From contig JBEKDI010000003.1 in NCBI GenBank assembly GCA_050014435.1, positions 27,901-91,900 on the forward strand: a DNA stretch of 64,000 nucleotides. Reading direction: 5' to 3'. Shown here piece after piece: positions 36,240-44,289 of this stretch. Below the pieces are notes generated by a model. That model searched no databases. It saw nothing but the letters and a program-made list of their open reading frames with translations, and was not told the DNA's origin. How positions within the stretch are numbered: the first letter of the stretch is position 1; every line of letters starts with the position of its first letter. A program made the position numbers and the translations under genes. The stretch is from Verrucomicrobiota bacterium (GTDB lineage: Bacteria; Verrucomicrobiota; Verrucomicrobiia; Limisphaerales; Palsa-1400).

Positions 36240-38669
36240 CTAAGGTCCTGCGCCAACCACATGGAGGTTCAGGGGCGCCGCCAGAATGGTTGCCGCGACG
36301 TCATCCGGGCCGTTTGAGGCCAGGATTGAAATTTCGGATCCAGACAAAACCCGATTGAAAACTCTAAAATCCTCAACGCAGCCGTTCATGCCGAGAAAAG
36401 CGCCGCCCCGATTGCCAATAGTCAAATATGATATATTGACATTGGCAAGAACTCCTGCAGTATTCGTGCCGCCATTCAAGTAAAGTTGATAATTCGTTCC
36501 CATCGATTTGCTGACGGCAATAAAATACCATGCATAGGCGCCTAAAGCTGAAGAGCCGCTTAAAAGCGTTGACCCATCGTAAAATCCCCATGATGACGGA
36601 CCGACCAGAATGCCAGTGCCCGACGAAATTGTGGCTGCATAATTGGCAGCACCGGGAAGAGAATTATTCCAAACCCAAATGGTCATCGTCCAGTCGCCGC
36701 TGTAAGTGATGGGAGATGAAGCAATTCCATCCGCGCTTCCAGAAGCCCCGTCATTACTCGGGAAAAAGACTGCCTTGGTTCCGGCCATACCATTTGTCCA
36801 TCCGGCATTTCCTTGTAATGTTCCGTTGTAGCCGTTGCCGCTGGAATCCGTTGCAACGGTTCCGCTGGTTTGATCCAATTTGTACTGGACGAGCAACCCG
36901 TTCGTAATGTCACTGCCGGCGCCACCGGCAACGAAATTGGTAATGCCTCCACCACTGGGCACAATGATAGGCGCACTGACAGGTCCACCGGCCGGTCCAC
37001 TGCTGGGGATGGTATTGGTGCCATTTGTCGTGATTTGATACGCCCCAATCGTCCAGTTGCCCGCGGCCGGGCGAGGGTTGCCCGCGTAATCATCAGTAAT
37101 GCCCCAAGCCGTCAGGTTCGTGCCTTGACCGACGGCGACGGTGTCAATCGAGAGCGGCATAAAGCCTGGGCTAAGTAAAACACTCCCTGTAGGATTTTTA
37201 TTCCAAAACGGGGCCGTCGGCCAAAAGTTGCTTGCGCCTGTCGCCGAAGGAATAGCCCCTGTGGAGGAATAAAGAGGGTTGAAGTTTGGATCGTGAACAA
37301 ACAGTGCAAAGCCGTTGTTCTGAACCATGCCAGTCGTCTGCGAGTTGTAAACGTTATAGGCTGCGACGTCTGACAAATAGGTAAAGGCACATCCCGCTGC
37401 TCGGGCATTGTTCGTCCAATAATTGGTTGGGAATGGAAACGCCGCCGCTTGCAAACCGCAACTTGAACAGATAATGTTGTTAAACGCATAGTTGCTTGCG
37501 CCGGACAGATAGAGAAACGAAGGCCCGCCTCCATAAGTGCCGTTGTTTTGCCACGAAACTATAGTGTTGTTGGCCACCAGCATGTCCATGCCGCAGAAGG
37601 CCTCTCCCGAAACGCCCAATGGATAGGCTGTTGTCTCGATGTTGTTGTAGATTCGCACATGTTGGGGAAATCCATTTTGAAACGACAACAAACTGGAACC
37701 TCCAGACGTGGTTTGAGGATGAAATCCCACATTAAAAAAATTATAGGCGATTACAATGTTGGACGGGGCATAATTTACCAAGTCATCCGCTGCCAAGTTA
37801 AACATGATAATCCCGTTGCGATGAAAACCCAGGTCGAGACTTGGGGCTGTTTCATACATGTCACCACCTTGAAGGATATTGTGGGTAATAAAAACGCCGT
37901 AAAAGGCGGCGTTGGTAACGCCGGTTGCAAACTCAATGCCCCAATTGTAATTACTGAGGGTGCAGGCGGTTATTATAAAATTAGAACTGCCCTCCGCTTG
38001 AAAAGTGCCCACAATCGCATTCTGGCTGTTGACGACCGTGCAATTGGAAATTGTCCAGCAATTTGGCGAACCACCTTCACTGTCAATAATACCGATACCG
38101 CAGGAGTTGCCATTGGGGCCTTGGGGTGGTTCCGTATTTGTTTGACGATTATAAAGGTTGCTAATTGTTACATTTTGAATAGTAACATATTTGGTAGGCA
38201 ATGCTGATGATATTCCAGAAAGACCGGTGTGGCCGTAATCGCATGTTCCGCCGTTTGCAGGCACAGTGCCGTTATCGGTCAATTGTAAAAGGCCGTTTAC
38301 GCCGCCGTCCACCACTAAATTACTCACCAGGTTGATGTTAATCCATGCGGAATTATTTGGTAAAGTTGGGGCGCTGAACATGGCATTTGATTCAAAATAG
38401 ATCGTAACTGGATTGCCAACGGCGCCGCCAAGCACACCGCAAATGTTTAAGGTGTTGGTCAGCGTTCCCAGCAAATGCACCGTTGTTCCCGGACCCACAT
38501 GATTGGCCCCTGCCCCCCAATTGCCAGAGGCATTGAGCCACGCCAACGAATGGGCATCTGCCGCATCCAGTCCCGTATCTTGACCTTGGGCGTTTTGCGC
38601 AACATAAATGCTCTGGGCCTGCGTGAGGCAAGCGAAGAGAAAAAAAACAAGCGCTGCAATTACTTTCAT
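36240..38669 (-). CDS. Secreted right-handed beta-helix protein with C-terminal LamG/concanavalin-like domain
   Basis: Signal peptide MKVIAALVFFLFACLTQAQS. The N/G/T-rich body has repeated I.NN / N.I motifs (ISNCTVVNSQNAIVG, ITHNILQGG, IYNNIETT, VANNTIVS). The C-terminal ~200 aa (DSSGNGYNGTLQGNAGWTNG...FRVFNRVLSGSEI) match the LamG pattern. Confidence 0.65.
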   Translation of the reverse strand: MKVIAALVFFLFACLTQAQSIYVAQNAQGQDTGLDAADAHSLAWLNASGNWGAGANHVGPGTTVHLLGTLTNTLNICGVLGGAVGNPVTIYFESNAMFSAPTLPNNSAWININLVSNLVVDGGVNGLLQLTDNGTVPANGGTCDYGHTGLSGISSALPTKYVTIQNVTISNLYNRQTNTEPPQGPNGNSCGIGIIDSEGGSPNCWTISNCTVVNSQNAIVGTFQAEGSSNFIITACTLSNYNWGIEFATGVTNAAFYGVFITHNILQGGDMYETAPSLDLGFHRNGIIMFNLAADDLVNYAPSNIVIAYNFFNVGFHPQTTSGGSSLLSFQNGFPQHVRIYNNIETTAYPLGVSGEAFCGMDMLVANNTIVSWQNNGTYGGGPSFLYLSGASNYAFNNIICSSCGLQAAAFPFPTNYWTNNARAAGCAFTYLSDVAAYNVYNSQTTGMVQNNGFALFVHDPNFNPLYSSTGAIPSATGASNFWPTAPFWNKNPTGSVLLSPGFMPLSIDTVAVGQGTNLTAWGITDDYAGNPRPAAGNWTIGAYQITTNGTNTIPSSGPAGGPVSAPIIVPSGGGITNFVAGGAGSDITNGLLVQYKLDQTSGTVATDSSGNGYNGTLQGNAGWTNGMAGTKAVFFPSNDGASGSADGIASSPITYSGDWTMTIWVWNNSLPGAANYAATISSGTGILVGPSSWGFYDGSTLLSGSSALGAYAWYFIAVSKSMGTNYQLYLNGGTNTAGVLANVNISYLTIGNRGGAFLGMNGCVEDFRVFNRVLSGSEISILASNGPDDVAATILAAPLNLHVVGAGP

Positions 38670-38753
38670 ATTAATAGTTTAACAATTAGAGTCGGCCATT
38701 ATTGCCACGGAGGTCAAACCTCCTCAGGCGTGGCAAGTCCCTCAGCGATGCAA

Positions 38754-38769
38754 AGCAATATTCATGCCT
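38754..38769 (-). promoter_or_regulatory. Candidate sigma54 (-24/-12) promoter upstream of the beta-helix/LamG gene
   Basis: The minus strand reads AGGCATGAATATTGCT, i.e. GGCAT-N5-TTGC with exact consensus spacing. It lies ~85 nt upstream of ATG 38669 inside a 363-bp intergenic gap. Confidence 0.3.
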
Positions 38770-39032
38770 TATTTGCCCGCAATGGCGATAACGATCCGGT
38801 TTTCTCCAAATCGGATTTTGGTCGCATGCCGAGGCTGCTTTCCGTGGCCCGCAAACTTTGCCCCCCCCTTACATACTTCGCTTGAATGCATCACCCTGAT
38901 CAAAGATGCGTGAATTTAGTCATGGGATCGCGATTCCGCTCACCAGTTTTTGGCAATCCTTTGGCAAAAATCGTGCATAGTAAATGCCGTCTTAAAGTGA
39001 GACACGACCAAATGGGCTTGTCTGGATTCTTT

Positions 39033-40337
39033 TCAGGCAGGAATTTCCTCCTCGTGAGTTTCAACTTCGCTTTCACTGGTTGCGGCTGCAAAGGGCTGCG
39101 CAAGAATGGACGAGGTTACGCTTGAAATCATGGCCAGAAAACCCCACCAGATCACGAAGAACTGGTCCCAATATGTGATTGAAAACAGCGTGCAAACATG
39201 CGCAAAAAGAACGCAGCCACAACACCAGAGCAACCCTTCGTTCTCTGACAAACTCACCCTTGCCGCGTTGAGGGCACGGCCCAGATACTGGAAACACCAG
39301 ACGAGAACAAGGACAAAGCAAACCAGGCATGCCAGTCCTCCTGTTGCGGCGCAGGCCACATAAATGTTGCACAAGTCAGCACCGCCCCAAGGCATAAGCG
39401 CCGCCGCCCAGCCAGAAGTGTCGTCGGTCCCAGTCAGCCACCAATCGGAAAAATGGTTGAAACACTGTTCCATTAGATAAGATCGATACCAGCCGTCACC
39501 TCCCGTTACGTCACTGACTTTTGCCAGAATATACCAGATCGGCGCCTTCATGACGAGAGCCAGGACGACCAGCGCGGCAACAATTCCCCGCCGCACTCGC
39601 CGCATGTCCTTGCGCAAGGGCCAGAACGCCAGGCCAATCAAGCCGCTCAAATAGGCCATCAGCGGTCCGCTGGAATTTGCAGTGAAGGTAATGGCGGTGG
39701 CGGCGAGTAATCCGGCCACCGCAATCCGGCGCTGGCCGGGTCTAAAAAACCACCATACAAACAGTGGCATTAACGTGGCCCCAAATACTCCTGCCGTATG
39801 GGGACCCCGGAAGCCCCCCATGCACCGATAGCGTCCTTCCCGCAGCCATTCTGCTCCCTGCCCGCCCATCACATTAAAAACATTGGATCCGGTTCGGGAT
39901 TCGTAAATCATGCACAGCGCCAATGGAATAATGAGAATGGCCAATCTTGGCAATAAGTCCTGAATATCTTCCCAACTGGTGATGAGGCAGCGAAACACAA
40001 AATAAGATAACAAAGTGTCGTAACAACCCCCCACTTGCTGCTGCCAGACTCCAGTTCGCATCCCCGGCACAACAGTCGAAATAATCGCAAGCGCCAAAAT
40101 CGCCCAATCAATTTTATTAAGCTTGAGGCGCTTCAGCTCCCCGCGCGTCAATATCCTGATAAAACCGGCCAGCAGGACAATCCGCTGGGCAAAAAAATTG
40201 AAGCCACCCACATTGAATCCCTGACCCTGGGTGATATAGCAGACCGCCGCGAAAACTGCCAGCACCGCAAAGCGCCTTGGCAGGAACATTAGTGCCGCGC
40301 AGAACAGCGCGGTGAAAGTTATGCCGATAAAATTCAT
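39033..40337 (-). CDS. O-antigen ligase/polymerase-like (Wzy-type) membrane protein
   Basis: 434 aa with ~10-12 TM helices and a large loop containing RYRCMGGFRGPHTAGVFGA (Wzy_C/O-antigen-ligase-like). Low GC. Confidence 0.65.
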   Translation of the reverse strand: MNFIGITFTALFCAALMFLPRRFAVLAVFAAVCYITQGQGFNVGGFNFFAQRIVLLAGFIRILTRGELKRLKLNKIDWAILALAIISTVVPGMRTGVWQQQVGGCYDTLLSYFVFRCLITSWEDIQDLLPRLAILIIPLALCMIYESRTGSNVFNVMGGQGAEWLREGRYRCMGGFRGPHTAGVFGATLMPLFVWWFFRPGQRRIAVAGLLAATAITFTANSSGPLMAYLSGLIGLAFWPLRKDMRRVRRGIVAALVVLALVMKAPIWYILAKVSDVTGGDGWYRSYLMEQCFNHFSDWWLTGTDDTSGWAAALMPWGGADLCNIYVACAATGGLACLVCFVLVLVWCFQYLGRALNAARVSLSENEGLLWCCGCVLFAHVCTLFSITYWDQFFVIWWGFLAMISSVTSSILAQPFAAATSESEVETHEEEIPA

Positions 40338-40371
40338 TTAATCGGTTCTCAAACGAGGTTTTCCATTCCTC

Positions 40372-41586
40372 TCATCGCTGGGGTCGAATTTTGGATTTAT
40401 CGCTTTTGTGCTTCGCTATGACTTCGCGGTAGACATCCAGCAACTTCACGCCCGCGGCATCCCACGTCACGCCGGGGGCAAAGCGCAGGCCCGCCTCGCG
40501 CAGTCTTTGAAGAAGGGCGTGGTCCTCGTGAAGCAGGGTGATATGCTGCGCGAGAGCCCTCACATCGGCGATCTTATGCACCATCGAGTTCTCCATGTGG
40601 CGGCAAAGCTCCGTGCAAGCCTCGGAGACCAACGGGACACAACCGCTGGCCATTGCTTCCGTGCAAACCAAGCCGAATCCTTCTTCGATGCTGGACAACA
40701 CCAGGATGTCACTCTTGCGCATCAGCTCCGGCACATCGTTGCGATGGCCCAGAACCTTGACGCTCGGATGGGCCAACAGCGGGGCCAGTTTCGCCCGGTA
40801 AGCGGGCAAGAACTCGCCCGCAATCAAAAAAGTTCCCTTCTGTGAAGCCGGTGATCGCAGCCATGCCCCCAACGCAAAGTGCAAGCCCTTCCGCACCGCA
40901 CAAACCCCGACGGAGATCATGGTGAGTCCCCGTTTGGAGTCTCGCGCCTGCAGATCAGGATAAAACGCCTTCTCGTCGAAGCCGTAAATATGGCGCACCA
41001 GCTTATCCTTCGGAAAACCCTTGTCCAAGAATGTCCGCACCACAAATTCGGAGGGACACAAGAGCCGGTAGGCTAGGTCGTATTCCTCCTCCTCCCTCGC
41101 AAGGATTTCGGGATTGTAGGCATGTTCATGGCCGCGAGGCAGCGGCACACCCAAACGGTCGCATTCCTTGTTCACAACCTCGTAGGCGAACCGGGTATGG
41201 GCGTTGCATCGTTCCAACACGGTAGGAATACCGAGACAGGCGGCGGCTTGCAACGTGTGCCTTGAACCCAACGGCCAAGCGTGAATGATGTCCACTTGGC
41301 CGGCTATGCTCTCAAGGCGGCGCGCGACCACCCGGTCATGGGCCTCTCCGTAGCAGAGACGGCCCAGCAAGCGGTTCGGAACGCGCACCTTCCCCCACGC
41401 CAGTGTCGGTTTGACTTTAACCTGCGGCTGCACAGGCCGGATGATGGAGGCTGGAAAGACCGTAATTTCGGCCCCAGCAGTGGCCAAACCATCCACCTGA
41501 TACCAAGCGGTCGTGCAGATTCTATCGGCACCCAATTTCAATGGGAAGCTGTATAAGACACGCACCGGTTGTTTGCTTTTCTGCAT
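40372..41586 (-). CDS. Family 4 (GT-B) glycosyltransferase
   Basis: C-terminal EEGFGLVCTEAMASGCVPLVS (the E.......E motif of GT4). ATG 41586 is used (the track start is GTG). Confidence 0.85.
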   Translation of the reverse strand: MQKSKQPVRVLYSFPLKLGADRICTTAWYQVDGLATAGAEITVFPASIIRPVQPQVKVKPTLAWGKVRVPNRLLGRLCYGEAHDRVVARRLESIAGQVDIIHAWPLGSRHTLQAAACLGIPTVLERCNAHTRFAYEVVNKECDRLGVPLPRGHEHAYNPEILAREEEEYDLAYRLLCPSEFVVRTFLDKGFPKDKLVRHIYGFDEKAFYPDLQARDSKRGLTMISVGVCAVRKGLHFALGAWLRSPASQKGTFLIAGEFLPAYRAKLAPLLAHPSVKVLGHRNDVPELMRKSDILVLSSIEEGFGLVCTEAMASGCVPLVSEACTELCRHMENSMVHKIADVRALAQHITLLHEDHALLQRLREAGLRFAPGVTWDAAGVKLLDVYREVIAKHKSDKSKIRPQR

Positions 41587-41647
41587 GGAGTGGAATGTGG
41601 CAAGGCGATCAGCTTGCCTCACCTGCTTTTATCGCCACCCACCCTTT

Positions 41648-42298
41648 TCATTTCTTGCGGGCGAGCAAAAGCATTTGGCTTCCAAGGAACTCCTTGCAAG
41701 CGCCCATCGTAAGCCGGTTGAAAAGCTCTTGTTTCGGACCAATTGCGATTCGCATGTCCTCGCGCTCGACCACGAAGGAGGCGTCTGTCAGCATCCTCTT
41801 GAATGACTTGGTTGTAAAGAAGCGCAAGTGCGTTTGATCCATGATGCCTTGAGAAGTGTACTTCCAATCCCCCTTGAAAACAAGGTCGCGCCATACTCTC
41901 CAATACCGAACATTCGGGACACAACACAATACCCGCCCGCCATCCTTGAGCCAGCCGTGGATTTGCCGAAGAACTTTGCCCGGATCCTTCAAGTGCTCCA
42001 ACACGTCTCCACAAATCACCAAGTCAAAATACTTGTCATAGCTCAAGCTCATCTCTTCAACATCCCCAACATGAACCTGTTTGTAATGCTTCCTCGCCGT
42101 CGCCGCTGCCGGTTCAAAAATCTCCACCCCGGTCATTTCAACCGCCCTTTTCGATTCCAACAGCGCCTTTCCAACCGCTCCTGCGCCACAGCCCACATCC
42201 ATCACCACACTCGGTCCATCTGGCACCAGGTGAAATAGAAATCGCTTCTCCTGGTTGTAATAATCACCTCTTGGGTCTTCAAAAGCGTTGTTTTTCAT
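41648..42298 (-). CDS. Class I SAM-dependent methyltransferase
   Basis: VMDVGCGAGAVG (motif I), DLVICGDVLEHL, LKDGGRVL. Internal ATG 42298 is used. Confidence 0.8.
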   Translation of the reverse strand: MKNNAFEDPRGDYYNQEKRFLFHLVPDGPSVVMDVGCGAGAVGKALLESKRAVEMTGVEIFEPAAATARKHYKQVHVGDVEEMSLSYDKYFDLVICGDVLEHLKDPGKVLRQIHGWLKDGGRVLCCVPNVRYWRVWRDLVFKGDWKYTSQGIMDQTHLRFFTTKSFKRMLTDASFVVEREDMRIAIGPKQELFNRLTMGACKEFLGSQMLLLARKK

Positions 42299-43271
42299 TT
42301 TTTGGGTTTTGATGGATGAAATTCTGGAGCAAACGCTCTCCCTCCGGCCACCGGGGTTGCAACGCGCGGGGAAGCAATGTGCAAAAATATAGCCCGACGG
42401 ATTTGACTGCCGAATCTGGCCTCTTGCACAAACGAATGGCTGCCTTGAATTGTTGCCGGGCATCCTGGGTCTTTGCCGCCCACATTAGGTACTTGCCGCA
42501 ATTGCGCCTTCGTGAGGCATGGACCGCCCTAAATGCATGGTACAAATCGGGGCTGGCCTTCGCCTTGTATATTTCATCCAGTATTTTGAAAACGTCCACC
42601 ACCAGGACCGACATCCTCAGCCGGTTTGATGACAACGTGGATTCGCCGATTCTATACGCGGCGAGCCTTGCAGTTGTATGGGCGACAGGACCCAGAAGAG
42701 GAAGCGAGTTGTGGAAAAACGTGTCGTCCGCAATGGTGACCCGGAAGGGTTCGGGGCCGAGTTGCGACATCACACTTTTCCGAACGCAACAGCAACTCAT
42801 TTGAAAACTCAATGGAGTTTCATTGTATCGCGTGACGAAAATCGCCGGCTGAATCAATTCACCATTGCTCGGTTGGGATCCCGCCCCTTTTGGCCACTCG
42901 AAATCGCCAAGTCCCACGATATTCTCGTGCTCTGTGAACCAGGCGACAGCGTCCGGATATTCTTGAATCATTTTCTCCTGCGCCTCCAAATAGGCGGGAT
43001 GCCAAACGTCGTCCGCATCGAGAAACGCCAGAACGTCTCCCTGAGCCTGTTGGCACAAGAAATTTCGCGCATAGGCAACCCCGTGGTTTGCGTTCTGGAA
43101 TACACGGACGCGGGGTTTGTACGCTTCCAGAACGACGGAAGTCTCATCCGTGCTTCCATCTTCAAATAGCAAAATCTCGCTTGGTTGCGCCGTTTGTGAG
43201 AGAACCGAATCGAGCGTCGCCTTGATGGTCGCCGCGGCATTATAGGCAGGGATAAGGACGCTGATTTTCAT
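42279..43271 (-). CDS. Family 2 glycosyltransferase (paralog A)
   Basis: MKISVLIPAYNAAATIKATLDSV, FEDGSTDET, LDADDVWHP. ATG 43271 overlaps the upstream stop (ATGA). Confidence 0.85.
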   Translation of the reverse strand: MKISVLIPAYNAAATIKATLDSVLSQTAQPSEILLFEDGSTDETSVVLEAYKPRVRVFQNANHGVAYARNFLCQQAQGDVLAFLDADDVWHPAYLEAQEKMIQEYPDAVAWFTEHENIVGLGDFEWPKGAGSQPSNGELIQPAIFVTRYNETPLSFQMSCCCVRKSVMSQLGPEPFRVTIADDTFFHNSLPLLGPVAHTTARLAAYRIGESTLSSNRLRMSVLVVDVFKILDEIYKAKASPDLYHAFRAVHASRRRNCGKYLMWAAKTQDARQQFKAAIRLCKRPDSAVKSVGLYFCTLLPRALQPRWPEGERLLQNFIHQNPKNEKQRF

Positions 43272-44272
43272 GCTTTGCCACGGCCAACCGCAGGCGAAGA
43301 CGTCTGCAGAGAGCCGGCGAATTTGGCCGTGTTGCGCGCGGATGAGGGCCATCTGGGCTGAAGGAACGACGGAAGCCAGCTTGCAGCCCATATTGTCAAT
43401 GATTTGCCGACAGACGAGGGTTGGCGACAGTTCGCAATGGATCGGAGCAACTGATACCTAGCCTCCTCAGCCCTGCCTGCGCTTAAAAGCGCCTTTGCAT
43501 AACGTCGGCGCTTGACCGCATAAGCTGCCGGGAACGCTTTGCGCAGTCCTCTGATACCGCATTTTTGAAACGCCGGCTCCAGTTTCTCAAACGCCTTCAT
43601 CCACTGTGAAAGCATCTGGAACGGATTGGCGGAGAAGGACCCCTCGCTCATCCTGTAGGCCACCAAAGGCGACTTGAAAAACACAATCCCGCCAAGCAGC
43701 GAGACCTGATAGAAAAGATAGGAATCATCAACGCCACTGAATTGAAACGGCTCCGGCCCCAGCCGGTTCATGGCGGACTTCCGAACACAGGCAAAGCTCA
43801 TCGATCCAAACAGGCCGGTCGTGACGTTATACCTCTTGAAGAAATCCACCTGGTTGATCCATTCCGCGTTGGCGCGATCCGTATCCGGCTCCTTGTTCCA
43901 CACATAGTCCGCGCCTGTGAAATCAACGTGGTTAGAAACAGAAGCCAGGGCTTCCGGATACTCTCGCATAAGCGTTCGCTGCACTTCGAGATATTTCGGG
44001 TGCCAGAGGTCATCATTGTCCAGGAACGCGAGGATTTCCCCCTTCGCCATTTCCACCAACCGGTTGCGGGTGAATGCCACGCCGTGGTTTTCCTGGCGCA
44101 CAATCGTGATGCGGTCGTTAAACCGCTCGATCCTGTCCAGTGTGTCGTCCGTGCCGCCATCCCATAGAACGATGATTTCATCCGGTTGGACCGTCTGCCG
44201 GAACACAGAGGTCAGCGTGGCCTCAATCGTCCTGGCGGCATTATACGTCGGAACAAGAACACTGATTGTCAT
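43268..44272 (-). CDS. Family 2 glycosyltransferase (paralog B)
   Basis: MTISVLVPTYNAARTIEATLTSV, WDGGTDDT, LDNDDLWHP. It is collinear with the neighbouring GT2 over its full length. Confidence 0.85.
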   Translation of the reverse strand: MTISVLVPTYNAARTIEATLTSVFRQTVQPDEIIVLWDGGTDDTLDRIERFNDRITIVRQENHGVAFTRNRLVEMAKGEILAFLDNDDLWHPKYLEVQRTLMREYPEALASVSNHVDFTGADYVWNKEPDTDRANAEWINQVDFFKRYNVTTGLFGSMSFACVRKSAMNRLGPEPFQFSGVDDSYLFYQVSLLGGIVFFKSPLVAYRMSEGSFSANPFQMLSQWMKAFEKLEPAFQKCGIRGLRKAFPAAYAVKRRRYAKALLSAGRAEEARYQLLRSIANCRQPSSVGKSLTIWAASWLPSFLQPRWPSSARNTAKFAGSLQTSSPAVGRGKA

Positions 44273-44289
44273 GGCTGATTAGTGAATGA

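Noticed and set aside
38886-39125. 79-aa plus-strand ORF (and 38475-38885 +) in or near the 363-bp gap upstream of the beta-helix gene
   Set aside because: There are no motifs. It overlaps the 3' end of the Wzy-like gene in antisense, and its orientation is opposite to the entire locus. The gap is better explained as a promoter/leader region.
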